Assembly: GCA_030018715.1 (NCBI GenBank)
Contig: JASEHN010000001.1
Span: 1-39,390 of the forward strand
Source of the DNA: Thermodesulfobacteriota bacterium
Lineage (GTDB): Bacteria > Desulfobacterota > SM23-61
Direction: 5' to 3'
Length of the DNA stretch: 39,390 nucleotides
Shown here: piece by piece, positions 28,201 through 36,133 of the stretch
Layout: each line of letters opens with the position of its first letter
Numbering within the stretch: the stretch's first letter is position 1
Position numbers and translations under genes: made by a program
The notes under the pieces: model-generated
Database searches by the model: none
The model's input: only the letters and a program-made list of their open reading frames with translations
What the model was told of the DNA's origin: nothing

Positions 28201-31200
28201 CGCCATCGAGCGGGGTACCGGCGGCTTCGTGATCGGCCACCAGACGGGCGTGGGCAAGGGCCGCATGGTGGCGGCTATCATGCGCTACGCCAAGAACCAG
28301 GGGTTGGTGCCCATTTTCCTGACGGAGAACGATGGTCTGTATTCGGCCATGTACCGGGATATGCAGGACATTAACGCCGACCTTAACCCTCTCATCATGG
28401 CCAGCAACCCAGACAGGGCTCGCATCGTGGACAATGACGGCAACGTCATCCGCGAACTGGACAAGCAGGCCATCAAGGAAGCGGTCAAAAACCGTCGTCT
28501 ATCGGCCGGGCATGATGCCATCTTCACCACCTATCACCAAATGAATAGCCGGACCATGACCGGCAAGATGAAACTTTTAAGGGCTTTGGCTCCCCGGTCC
28601 ATCCTGATTCTGGACGAATCCCACAAGGGGGCCGGGGACAAAAGCCAGACCGGAGCCTTTCTCCGGGGCCACATGACGGGCCAGGTGCGGGGGGTGGTCT
28701 ATTCTTCGGCCACCTACGCCAAGCGGCCCGACACCATGGCCCTGTACCATCGGACGGAGCTGGGCAACCTCAACGTGGACATCGACACCGTCATTGACAA
28801 CTTGGTGATGGGTGGGGTCCCCCTGCAGGAATGGGTCGCCCATCAATGGGCCTTAAGCGGCCAGATGATCCGCAACGAACTTTCCTTTGCCGGCATTGAC
28901 ATCCCGGTGGAAGTGGACATGGAAAACGTTACCAGGGACCGGCAACGGTCGGACGATCTGACAACCGGACTAAGGGAAATTCTCAGGTTTTCCAAGGCGT
29001 TTAGCGAATGGGTAGCGGACCTAAACGATGATTTCCAAAAGGAGGGAGAGCAAGCGGAGCCGGGTTTCCGGGGTGGGATCTCGAACACCAACTTTGCCTC
29101 GGTGATGCACAACAAGATTTCCCAGCTTCTTTTCTGCCTGCGGACGGACGCCACCATCAAGGAGGCCTTGACAGCCCTTAGGCAGGGCAAGAAGGTGGTC
29201 ATCGGCTGCTATAACACTATGGAAGCCTTCGTGAAGGACATGCGGGAGGCGGGCACCATCAAGGTGGGCGATGAGCTTAATATGAATTTCGCCCAGGTGG
29301 TCCGGAAGGCTGCGGATAGCGTACTGATTTACAGAGTTGATCATGGCTATGGCGGGCAGCCGGAGACGGTGCGCGTAAGGCCTGAAGATTTACCCCCTAG
29401 ACTTCAAGCCATGTGGCGCAACCTGGTGACCCTCCTTGAAAGCACCACGACGGACGTGCCGGCCCTGCCCATCGACTACATCGCCAAGGCCCTCGTCAAA
29501 GAAGGGTTCAAGGTGGGTGAGATTACCGGCCGCGAGCATGTTTTGGATTGGGAACAGGAAGGGAACATTCTTAGAAGGCGTAGCGAGAAGGAAAAATCCG
29601 ACAAGAACACTCCCGTCAACAGATTCAACTCCGGGGAATATGACGCCCTCATCATCAACAGTTCTGGGAGCAGCGGAATCTCCCTGCACAGTGGCGAAAA
29701 GTTCAAGGATCAGCGCCCCCGGCACATGATCCTGACCCAGATGAGCAACGAGATCAACGAGGCGGTGCAGCTCCTAGGGCGCATCCACCGTACCGGGCAG
29801 GTCAACCTGCCCAGCTACATGATCAAAATCAGTTCGCTCCCGGGCGAGAAGCGGCCCCTGGCCGTCCTCCAGAAGAAATTATCGTCTCTGTTCGCCAACA
29901 TCTCGGCTAAGGGAGAAAGCGCCTACTCCCTGGACGTAAACGACATCATCAACCAGTACGGCGACCAGGTGATCGCCGAGATGTTCGCCGATGATCCCAG
30001 CCTGAATGACCGTTTAAGCGGGGTGCTGGACCGGGTGATCGACGAGGATTTTATTAACGCCGGCCGGGATGGTCGCGTTCGCCAGATCATGCAAGCCTAC
30101 CCTGATCCGGGCCACCTCACCAAACGGGCCACCGGCTGGACTTCCTTGCAGCCGGTCTCAGTGCAAGAGGAAGTCTGGTCTGCCATTGACGCCAAGTATG
30201 AAGAACTGGTTGAGCACCTGAAGCAGATCGGCGAGTACAGCTTGGAGAGCGAACACCTGGACCTTCAGGCCAAGACCGTCAGCAAGTCCGTACTGGTGGC
30301 CGGCAGCACCCAGGGGAAAAGCGAGCTCACCAGCCCCACTTATTTTGAGGCGGTTGAGGCCAAGGTTCAGAAAAAGCCCATGACCAAGGCGGAGATCGAG
30401 AAGCGGATGCACGCCAACCTCAAGGGCAGAAAGCCGCAAGACCTGGCCGACGAAATAAAAACGAAAATACAGCAAGAGTTCGACCCCTGGATCAAGGACA
30501 GGATTGCCCTGATGCGGGGAGCCGGAACCCCACAAGAGACGGTAAGCAGATTCGAGCAGGGGGCAAGAAGGGCGCTGGAACATACCCTGCGACTGCTGGG
30601 CGAATACCAAATCGGCACGGCGCTTAGCTATCCCATGATGAACATGGCTGGCGTGGTCTATGACATCAAGTATAAGCCGACCGCGGGAAGCAATCCGGCC
30701 ACTCCAAGCAACATCAAGGTCAGCATGGCGGTGGACTCCACCATGCGGATTTACAAAACTTCTATGGCTGGGGTGGCAGGGACGACCAGATATAAAATGT
30801 CAGCCCTGGAAGGGTGGTTAGGCGGTTCCTCAACTGACCCTGGTTGGGATGCAGCGCTGCCCGACAAGACCTTTGAGACTCGCTACCTGGTGACCGGCAA
30901 CCTCCTGGGCAACCCGCTCGACACGGGGCAGATGACCTTTTTCACCCGGGACGATGGCAAGCTGGCCACCGGCTTTCTGATGCCCCTCAACTTCGATTTG
31001 TCCGGGCACCCAGAGCTGCAGAGGGTGATGTTGAGCCAGGCGCAGGCGGCCACGATGCTGCGGCGTGAAGGCGCGGTGGTTACGTCAAATTATGAGAGCG
31101 TGATCAGAAGAACCAGCACGGGAGGATATCTCGTAGAGGTCCCAAGGTCAAAAGCGAAAGGCGGCAAATATTTCCTCAATGACGATATTTTGGCCCGTAC

Positions 31201-34200
31201 CCAGGGAGACTTTTACAGCGCCCGTGGTCGGATGGTCGCCAACGTAAGGAACCTGGAAGACGCTAACGCCATCATCGACATCCTTTATCAACTTGGCGTG
31301 GTCTTCTCTGCTGACCGGGCCACTGCTGAAAGACTTTTTGGGGACAGCTTGGCGGGGCCTACGGGTGTTGCCGAACCTCCAGTCCCTTATACCCAACTAA
31401 CCTCCAAACATCATGCCGAAGAGGTGAAATTAGCCTATGGCTCCGAAAAAGCAGCAAAGCAAGTCGTCCAAGAAACCGCCCGTCAGGTCGAAATCGTCCA
31501 CCGGAGACTCCAAGGAATACCCAGCCCAGGAGTGCCGGGGGTTCTGGCCAAATATCGCTCCCGCATCGCTCAAGAATATTCTAAGCAGGGATGGGTTGAT
31601 CTGTCTGGATACCAACTCGAACCCGGCAGAGAATCCCAGCAAATAGCCGAACTTTTTCAGGTTTTTCGCAACCCCAAGATGGAAATTATGCACGCCATCT
31701 ACACGAAAAACGGGGTGATCGTGGCCCACAATGCTATTACCTCCGGCCAGATCAGTCATGTGAAACCGAAAAATATTGCCCGCCATCTTTTCCGGTTACA
31801 GGAAACCGCGAAGCGCTTGGGGGCCGATAAGGTTCATATCCTGCATAATCACCCAAGCGGCAACACAGAGATGAGCATGGCCGACCGCGCCATGGCCAGG
31901 GTGGTGCGAGAGGGGTTTAAGACACTGGGGAAAACTAGCAAGGGCCAGGGGGTTGGCGGCCTTGGTAATCTCATGGGCGAGTTTATAGTCATTGACCATG
32001 GGAAGTTTAGTTACCTCTATGAGTACCCAGGCCAAGGACAACACATTAACTATGGCGACTATCGAATTTCATCGGGACTTCGCCAAGGCCGCACCGAAGG
32101 GGCGAAAATAAGAACCCCGAGTGAACTGGCGGCTTTTGTCAGCACTTTAAAATATGATTCGGACAAGGTGGTCCTGATTCACTTAAGGTCGAGCAACGAG
32201 ATCAATGGCTGGAGCGTCCATAACAAGTCCATCTTAAATAAGCCGGTGAAGCAGGTAAAGCAAAGCCTCAAGCAGGAAACGAAGGCTTTCAATGCCGCTC
32301 GCGTGATGATCATTACTGAGGATGAGGTTGCGGTCAATCGGCTGTTGTCTCAAGAGATCAAATCGGCGCCGGCAGGTGGCGACAGCCTGGCTTCTATGGT
32401 GGTGGACATCGCCAATGGGCGCGGGAGAAGTCTCCGGGGATCGGCTGAATTCTTGTGGGAGTTGTCAGGCCACGAGACCGGGAAGATGGCCCGGGCGATG
32501 TGGGAACCTCAGGCACAATATGACCGCACTGAGGCAGAGCACGTCCTGGCCGACTACGACCGAAAGATGCTGGCGCCGGGAAAACGCACCATCTGGGAGA
32601 AAATTAAGGCGGCCAAAACCGAAGTGCCCGAAAGCGCCAAGGGGTTCCTGGAGAGATTTTATAATGAGGTAGTGGATCGCTTCGCCCCCATGGAACGGGC
32701 CGAAGAGAAACTCAAGAAGGCGGGGATAGTCGTGGGTCCTGGCCAGAGCGTCGCCAACGCCCTGTCTTATATGAGGGGCCAGGAAGGGCGAGTCCGGCAG
32801 GCCTTAACCGGGGATCATGTCTATCAGAGTGTCATGGCTCCGGACGAGAATGGCCGGATGGCCTTCACCGGCGAGATTGAGGAAGTAGGGGCCAGCCTGG
32901 ACAAACGCCTGGAACCCATCAAGAAGCTGGCGGCCAAGCGGGGGGAAGAGGTCCCCAAGGTGATGCACGACCTCTTCAACCGCCTGATGGTGGCCCAGAG
33001 GGATCTGGAACTGGCCGGGGAGACCGGCGCCCGGGCCCCGGGAGAGATCAAGGGCACCCGGCCGGAAGATAGCCGAGCGGCCCTGGACGCCCTCAAATCC
33101 ATCTATGGGGATGACTTCAAAACCTTGGAAGCTGCGGCCCGGAGCGTCCGGGAATGGGGGGACCAGACCATCTTGCAACCTCTCCTGCAGGTAGGGTTTA
33201 TCGACCAGGCCCGCTACGATGAGATCAAGGACCGGAACGAGTTCTACATCCCCTTCAAGCGGCTAATGGAAGACATCGACGATTACATCGACGCCAACGC
33301 CGCGGCCCTGGGAGTCAAGGGCCGGGTGATCCAGCAAATCAAGGGTTCGGAGAGGGCCATCCTGGACCCGCTGCAGATGTGGATCGAACTGGCTTACAAG
33401 GCCAACTATGCCTTCGCCCGGAATTATGTGACGCAGAATATAGCCGTGTTGGGAGAGTACGGGGATCCCGACATCAAGGAAGTGCCGGCCAAATACCTGC
33501 CGGTCGATTTTGCTCAGAAGCAGGAGATCGACGCGGCGCTGCGGCCGCAGCTTGTCAAGCTCGCCAAGGCCCTGGGCATCGACGTTAAGGTCATGGGCGC
33601 GATGCGGGGCCGGCGCCTGGGTCAGTTCAAGAAATGGCTCAGTCAAGAAGTTCAGGCAGGCGGAATAACTTCGGAGGTGGCGAAAGATATCCAGGTGAGG
33701 TTTGCCACCTTCGAGGCGACCCTGGCGCATGAGGTAGGCCATGGGATCGACGACGCTTACGGCTTGGTGAAGCTGCTCATTGAGCAGGGCACCCCGGAGA
33801 TGAAGCGGGAACTGCGCCGCATTGCCGATCAGCGGGCCGACAGCCCCTCCAATTCCTACAAGCGATATATCCGCAAAAAAGAGGAACAGGTGGCGGAGTT
33901 TGTCTCGAGATACATCATCGACAAAAGATCGGTGGAGCGCCTGGCCCCCAACGCCCTGGCAAAGTTTGAGGGTTATCTGCGGCAAAACGACAAGCTGAAG
34001 CCCCTCCTGAATTTCAAGTTGTCTCACCAGACCGGGGTATTGGAAGCCATAAACCGGGTATGGGCCCGATCCCCTTTGCCGCCAGAACCCGGGACGATCC
34101 CCTACTACCGGGACGGCAAGCAATTGTGGCTCAAGGTTCCCCCGGATATTTTTCAGGCCACCCAGAGCATGATGCCCTCAGAAATCGGTATCCTGCTGAA

Positions 34201-36133
34201 GGTGGCCAAGGCCCCCGCGGACCTTCTGCGGGCCGGTGCGGTGCTGACTCCGGAGTTCGCCTTGGCCCGGAACCCCTTTCGGGATGTGATTCAAGCCTAC
34301 CTCTTCAGCCGCTTTGGGTTCAATCCCCTCAAGTGGTTCCGGGATGCCTTCAATCTGGTGGCCAAGGATGAAGACACCTTGAGGTATCGCCGGGAGTGGG
34401 AAGCCGGTGGCGGCTCTCTGGCAACCCTGGCGCAGTCCATGGTGGCTCCGGAACAGATCACCAGCGAAACCATCATAGGGAAGAAAAAGGGTATGGCTTA
34501 CCATGTCCATCCGCTTTCGGCCCTGCGCCATGCTTCGGCTTACCTGGAGAATATGACTCGGTTCTCCATTTACAAACAGGGCCGGGAGAAGGGCTTGAGC
34601 CATGCCGACGCAATTCACGAGGCCCGGCGCACTACCCTGGATTTTGCTCGACACGGCGGGCATCCGATAGTTCGCTACCTTAATATGATCGTCCCCTTCT
34701 GGAACGCTTCCATTCAGGGAGCGGACAAACTGATCACCGAGCTTTCTGGCCCTAACAAATGGGCAGTGATGCGGCGGATGTCGCTGCTCACCACCGCGTC
34801 TATCCTGCTATGGACTCTGGCTCGCCAGGACGATCGCTACAAAGAGCTGGAGGATTGGGAGAAAAATTACTTCTGGCATATCCCCCTGGGCAAGAATGGC
34901 CCCATGCTGCGATTCCCCAAACCTTTTGAGGCCGGAATCCTTTTCGCCTCCATGCCGGAGCGGATGCTGGAGTGGGCGGTGGATAAGGACGCGGGCGGGG
35001 TAAAGAAAGCCCTGGGGGCGGCCTGGCAGGCATTAACCCCTGAGTTCATCCCTGCCATCGTGCGTCCCATCGTGGAGGGCAGCGCCAATTACAACTGGTT
35101 CACGGGGCGCCCCATCGAGGATGCGAGCCTACAGAACCTCCCCGCGGAACTGCGGGCCAAGCCCTGGACTTCGGAACTGGCCAAGGCCGTTAGCCGTCAT
35201 GCGGGGCCCGTGGTCTCTCCCCTGGTGGAACTGAGCCCGGTGAAGGTGGAGCATTTCGTCCGGTCCATGACGGGCGGCCTGGGCGCCAACTACTTCTTCC
35301 TTGGTATTGACGCACTCTTGCGGAAGGCTGGGGCCCTGGAAGATATTCCTCAACCCACCAAAGATACCATCGAAAAGATCTGGGGGGTGAGGGCCTTCTT
35401 CACCAAACCTCCTACCGGCTACCGGGCCAAGACGGTGAACGACTTTTTTGAGGCTTACCAGAAGTCCATTCAAGCAGATCAGGGATGGAAACTTCTATGG
35501 AACGCTGGGAGCATGGACAAGCTGGACAAATTCCTGGCCGACAACCCCGAGGCCATGTTCGCCAGGGTCGCCCGGGAACAGGTAGATGCGATGGGGAAGA
35601 TTAAAAAAGAACGAAACGCCATCTACCAAAGCCGGGTTCTCTCTTCAGAGCAGAAGCGGGCCAAGCTGGACGCCCTCGACGAGCAGATCGTCAATGTGGC
35701 CCGGGCCGGCAACGCCCTGATGGACCCGGAAGTGGCCGAAGCTCTCAAGATGCCCTCCCGATTCAAGACTGAGGCGGGCAGCCGCAAATCCCTGGACCTG
35801 GACGGCTACTATAAGATGGTGGTTGAATCCGTGGGGGACGCTTATGACGCCATCCAAAAGGACCTTCCCCGGATAATCAGGATGGACGAAGCCCAACGCC
35901 AACGCTACCTCATCAAGATCATCCGCCAGGCCCGGGATGAATATCAGCCTGTCCTCAAGAAGCCGGAAGGCGTGATGAAGCCCTATCGGTTCTCAAGCCT
36001 GCTGGACAAGCCGACTCGGAAGGAGCGGGCCTGGCAGCAGGTGATGGGCTTCCGCAAAATCAACCCTGGACTTATAACCGGCTATCGACTAAAGCCGGAA
36101 GAAGAAAAGGAGGTGGGCCATGCCCCCAATTAG
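22298..36133 (+). CDS. Giant polyvalent (DarB-like) protein, 4,611 aa: ParB-like + N6-adenine-type methyltransferase + Strawberry-notch-type DExH helicase + RadC/JAB + HExxH zincin + hydrophobic segments
   Basis: A single open frame of 13,836 nt. Motifs read directly are LQPRDR (24575-24589), ESGNAR (24710-24727), VYEPTAGNG (from 26462), NPPFG (26657-26671), GHQTGVGKGR (28235-28264), DESH (28613-28624), QLLGRIHRTGQ (29768-29800), HNHPSG (31844-31861) and HEVGH (33728-33742). An alternative start is the ATG at 22313, which is preceded by GGGGAG. Confidence 0.9.
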   Translation: MQGRSMPFLDEEQGLTSLRSAAATPSVEAPKLPSGWWDTPAEPASAESVDLPKFMSESDFDYQAGRQEHLARKKEAEAVEVERSLPGEIGASVVRGALVLAKLPVQVAKIVGADVLGSETVKKAAVPIIEGIEDIAESPDWKPSKWAGGEPIDLDRIISNPREVIGQITSQATNPRFWASQLPEGAMSMIPVIVGAWAPRAVAMARNLGTALEAAKVAGDTAKIVEIGKKLNRLSIIGMYGMAMAMEAGQAEEKVREYELKNPDKPIPWANRVISILGTGVVAGGLEALSFGRVFMGKYGGKVGLPEMIKQVFAGKEGGLIVRKILDSVATEGVTEGAQSFVENAFAKWGFDADQKLTEGIVESVLIGAALGGISGTFAGLNVRHKAVKEVAARIQETRRLSEEEYQSTLQAAEEGAARGEVVRQMRPPEEVEAPSPYTIRDLRERPRVEQEIPPGETPLVDEMGRPIRPTEEDARLREILAKPAWERTADEKLWADRYRRELDALGETITGKTPRPAPQRLIVPPAFGGPRPATPTPMGVAGAEAVAVATAPEAPNLNERVSQLIAAVEETGDPNAAQELNGILIANQKEIGDLFRVPEREIPGLKPIADRLESLIRQVEETGDPKAALELHGLLAANRDVLSGVVRREIAGRSGLPQAPMGVTGAEVAEAATKKPTPAPGATVAAPGAPPSPGATPPVAPEPITPPLTQGSNLGKEAIAITARGTEVKTQFAVVEADDLTVSHDDGLDENPDYPQELQPRDRTRAASKLQVAEIANNPNPRRLADNPMASDGAPIIGPDFLMESGNARTIALKRVYNNKGYEAQATKYKNWLIDHAQGFGLDPDVVRQAKAPILVRVRTEEVGPQDREQLVREFNERTTAPMSPVEQARSDAQAMLDSNILEIFVPNEDGEIMRATNAPFIRRFMSEVVGNAEMGAYYDPKGNINQAGIIRIRNAIFAAAYGDAAVLERLAESTSDAAKNITAALTMVAPRMAIAQRQVRDGQLYPLDLNDHLAEAASILQSLREQGIGIADYLAQGNMIEPVANLTRDLLKFFGDFGRSRKKIAATFNAYLDIVEAAGDPRQGVLVETGVSIPTREEVLQAAIQRMEASHGTGTAVSPDLQQGEAPSGEALGGLAGEEKPVGVEGPGLSAPAPKPKPLSAIGQKLATIREQFKDIDEDRARTVLRALPDASPTEAAIMAQDEELFSIVGRGSLSEAERRFIAEKLRQLQPGLPGLGGGGIFDIPPEPKPKLPPGIAPKPAKIDTVELAKMFYTSDLRGDINLSDLMKQVQQRRNIPPEWLQMPSYRKQVEEALELALVYANRSIVAGGETQKDVAGTLRKLIDLYNRQPALTSRTSTTIRNQAYSTPAPLAYLMDKVTGITKDSWVYEPTAGNGMLLIGANPKQTLANEIDPLRAEHLRSQGFDVVSKDAQSLVGKEGGPQENSVDVVVANPPFGSLDTPVDFDGYKISKLEHLITLDALKAMDDDGRAAFIIGGHSFAAPLGGAMDKLTNADRVFFNYLYSRYNVTHHINIDGKVYERMGTKFPIRLITIEGRKAQPDKAAAPYKIEQIEVAKTFGDVYKLLKGDIDARAEGTVAPGLSQEQPAGPRRPGGVYLSPGGEEGAGRGILPGGLEGEGPRPGQEGGEVGGPRRGAPGAGLPGAPSGGPVLPGGREAGGVNRYDQTIPGGVAGAHPGVSPRPKPGEQAGPSGPLLPGPGGRPSQPGRGVTGTEGPQPGRVPPKSIGSGTQVTLPDGTTVTIKEEQTPYTRSLKEEQAPYGEQTVEVVDTDGNVRRIPISQIQGVIDESGKEVKLSDEDRQSLKVFQKNQWVETNDGATGQVTKVRGWGDKMVLTVQGPEGAATVKPADVKNILEGPPAAKREKVATSKPAAEEINLQVPYKPTSKGPAMNTVAPRYMAEAVGNYLEKLQGEIGGLDEFVRGRLGYKTREEMFRVLGAEQIEGVALAIDAIERGTGGFVIGHQTGVGKGRMVAAIMRYAKNQGLVPIFLTENDGLYSAMYRDMQDINADLNPLIMASNPDRARIVDNDGNVIRELDKQAIKEAVKNRRLSAGHDAIFTTYHQMNSRTMTGKMKLLRALAPRSILILDESHKGAGDKSQTGAFLRGHMTGQVRGVVYSSATYAKRPDTMALYHRTELGNLNVDIDTVIDNLVMGGVPLQEWVAHQWALSGQMIRNELSFAGIDIPVEVDMENVTRDRQRSDDLTTGLREILRFSKAFSEWVADLNDDFQKEGEQAEPGFRGGISNTNFASVMHNKISQLLFCLRTDATIKEALTALRQGKKVVIGCYNTMEAFVKDMREAGTIKVGDELNMNFAQVVRKAADSVLIYRVDHGYGGQPETVRVRPEDLPPRLQAMWRNLVTLLESTTTDVPALPIDYIAKALVKEGFKVGEITGREHVLDWEQEGNILRRRSEKEKSDKNTPVNRFNSGEYDALIINSSGSSGISLHSGEKFKDQRPRHMILTQMSNEINEAVQLLGRIHRTGQVNLPSYMIKISSLPGEKRPLAVLQKKLSSLFANISAKGESAYSLDVNDIINQYGDQVIAEMFADDPSLNDRLSGVLDRVIDEDFINAGRDGRVRQIMQAYPDPGHLTKRATGWTSLQPVSVQEEVWSAIDAKYEELVEHLKQIGEYSLESEHLDLQAKTVSKSVLVAGSTQGKSELTSPTYFEAVEAKVQKKPMTKAEIEKRMHANLKGRKPQDLADEIKTKIQQEFDPWIKDRIALMRGAGTPQETVSRFEQGARRALEHTLRLLGEYQIGTALSYPMMNMAGVVYDIKYKPTAGSNPATPSNIKVSMAVDSTMRIYKTSMAGVAGTTRYKMSALEGWLGGSSTDPGWDAALPDKTFETRYLVTGNLLGNPLDTGQMTFFTRDDGKLATGFLMPLNFDLSGHPELQRVMLSQAQAATMLRREGAVVTSNYESVIRRTSTGGYLVEVPRSKAKGGKYFLNDDILARTQGDFYSARGRMVANVRNLEDANAIIDILYQLGVVFSADRATAERLFGDSLAGPTGVAEPPVPYTQLTSKHHAEEVKLAYGSEKAAKQVVQETARQVEIVHRRLQGIPSPGVPGVLAKYRSRIAQEYSKQGWVDLSGYQLEPGRESQQIAELFQVFRNPKMEIMHAIYTKNGVIVAHNAITSGQISHVKPKNIARHLFRLQETAKRLGADKVHILHNHPSGNTEMSMADRAMARVVREGFKTLGKTSKGQGVGGLGNLMGEFIVIDHGKFSYLYEYPGQGQHINYGDYRISSGLRQGRTEGAKIRTPSELAAFVSTLKYDSDKVVLIHLRSSNEINGWSVHNKSILNKPVKQVKQSLKQETKAFNAARVMIITEDEVAVNRLLSQEIKSAPAGGDSLASMVVDIANGRGRSLRGSAEFLWELSGHETGKMARAMWEPQAQYDRTEAEHVLADYDRKMLAPGKRTIWEKIKAAKTEVPESAKGFLERFYNEVVDRFAPMERAEEKLKKAGIVVGPGQSVANALSYMRGQEGRVRQALTGDHVYQSVMAPDENGRMAFTGEIEEVGASLDKRLEPIKKLAAKRGEEVPKVMHDLFNRLMVAQRDLELAGETGARAPGEIKGTRPEDSRAALDALKSIYGDDFKTLEAAARSVREWGDQTILQPLLQVGFIDQARYDEIKDRNEFYIPFKRLMEDIDDYIDANAAALGVKGRVIQQIKGSERAILDPLQMWIELAYKANYAFARNYVTQNIAVLGEYGDPDIKEVPAKYLPVDFAQKQEIDAALRPQLVKLAKALGIDVKVMGAMRGRRLGQFKKWLSQEVQAGGITSEVAKDIQVRFATFEATLAHEVGHGIDDAYGLVKLLIEQGTPEMKRELRRIADQRADSPSNSYKRYIRKKEEQVAEFVSRYIIDKRSVERLAPNALAKFEGYLRQNDKLKPLLNFKLSHQTGVLEAINRVWARSPLPPEPGTIPYYRDGKQLWLKVPPDIFQATQSMMPSEIGILLKVAKAPADLLRAGAVLTPEFALARNPFRDVIQAYLFSRFGFNPLKWFRDAFNLVAKDEDTLRYRREWEAGGGSLATLAQSMVAPEQITSETIIGKKKGMAYHVHPLSALRHASAYLENMTRFSIYKQGREKGLSHADAIHEARRTTLDFARHGGHPIVRYLNMIVPFWNASIQGADKLITELSGPNKWAVMRRMSLLTTASILLWTLARQDDRYKELEDWEKNYFWHIPLGKNGPMLRFPKPFEAGILFASMPERMLEWAVDKDAGGVKKALGAAWQALTPEFIPAIVRPIVEGSANYNWFTGRPIEDASLQNLPAELRAKPWTSELAKAVSRHAGPVVSPLVELSPVKVEHFVRSMTGGLGANYFFLGIDALLRKAGALEDIPQPTKDTIEKIWGVRAFFTKPPTGYRAKTVNDFFEAYQKSIQADQGWKLLWNAGSMDKLDKFLADNPEAMFARVAREQVDAMGKIKKERNAIYQSRVLSSEQKRAKLDALDEQIVNVARAGNALMDPEVAEALKMPSRFKTEAGSRKSLDLDGYYKMVVESVGDAYDAIQKDLPRIIRMDEAQRQRYLIKIIRQARDEYQPVLKKPEGVMKPYRFSSLLDKPTRKERAWQQVMGFRKINPGLITGYRLKPEEEKEVGHAPN
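24446..24770 (+). other. ParB/sulfiredoxin-like module of the giant protein
   Basis: FAVVEADDLTVSHD...ELQPRDRTRAASKLQVAEIA...GAPIIGPDFLMESGNARTIALKRVY matches the ParB-like N-terminal fold pattern, including a terminal GN.R motif. Confidence 0.6.
26375..26970 (+). other. Amino (N6-adenine-type) DNA methyltransferase module
   Basis: SAM-binding motif I (VYEPTAGNGML) and catalytic motif IV (VVANPPFG) occur in gamma-class order. Confidence 0.8.
27069..27533 (+). CDS. Candidate nested gene (154 aa, acidic) in the +1 frame of the giant ORF linker
   Basis: AAGGAG at 27057-27062, a 6-nt spacer, then ATG at 27069. An in-frame TGA lies at 27054. By hand tally, third codon positions are roughly 80% G/C, as in the rest of the phage. 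The host frame over the same bases is roughly 30% G/C at third positions and encodes only G/P/R/E low-complexity sequence. Confidence 0.5.
   Translation: MPAQKVLWLPDFLRNSRPARVGLGVFIYPQVAKKGPDAEYYLEAWKEKVRGLVKKVAKWEGHVEVLRVLDCLGPQVADQYFPGDEKQEELIDMIRQSPEVSLEHILEYLRDPSPANKQDLLDHYSQDPEEDHLSPEEELQEQKDLNLDEFLLSL
28160..29925 (+). other. Strawberry-notch/DarB-type DExH helicase module
   Basis: Walker A GHQTGVGKGR, Walker B LILDESHKGAG, SSATYAKRP, and the C-terminal lobe QLLGRIHRTGQVNLPSY. Confidence 0.75.
31640..31910 (+). other. RadC-type JAB/MPN metalloprotease-like module
   Basis: VHILHNHPSGNTEMSMAD matches the HxHPSG...S..D JAMM signature of RadC-like proteins. Confidence 0.7.
33690..33910 (+). 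other. Zincin metallopeptidase-like module
   Basis: TLAHEVGHGIDD (HExxH), with downstream Glu candidates for the third ligand (KKEEQVAEF). Confidence 0.55.

Noticed and set aside
32322-32672. A 116-aa alternative-frame ORF inside the giant gene, examined as a possible second nested gene.
   Set aside because: Its translation is W/R/C-rich nonsense and it has no Shine-Dalgarno. Frame 0 keeps normal codon bias over this stretch. It serves as a negative control for the 27069..27533 call.
22298-36133. The idea that the giant ORF is an N4-like virion RNA polymerase, prompted by its size and location.
   Set aside because: The motifs I can read are those of a methyltransferase, DExH helicase, JAB, zincin and ParB-like module. 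I recognised no single-subunit polymerase motifs. A search would be needed to exclude a divergent polymerase module in the unassigned ~30100-31600 and 34000-36100 regions.
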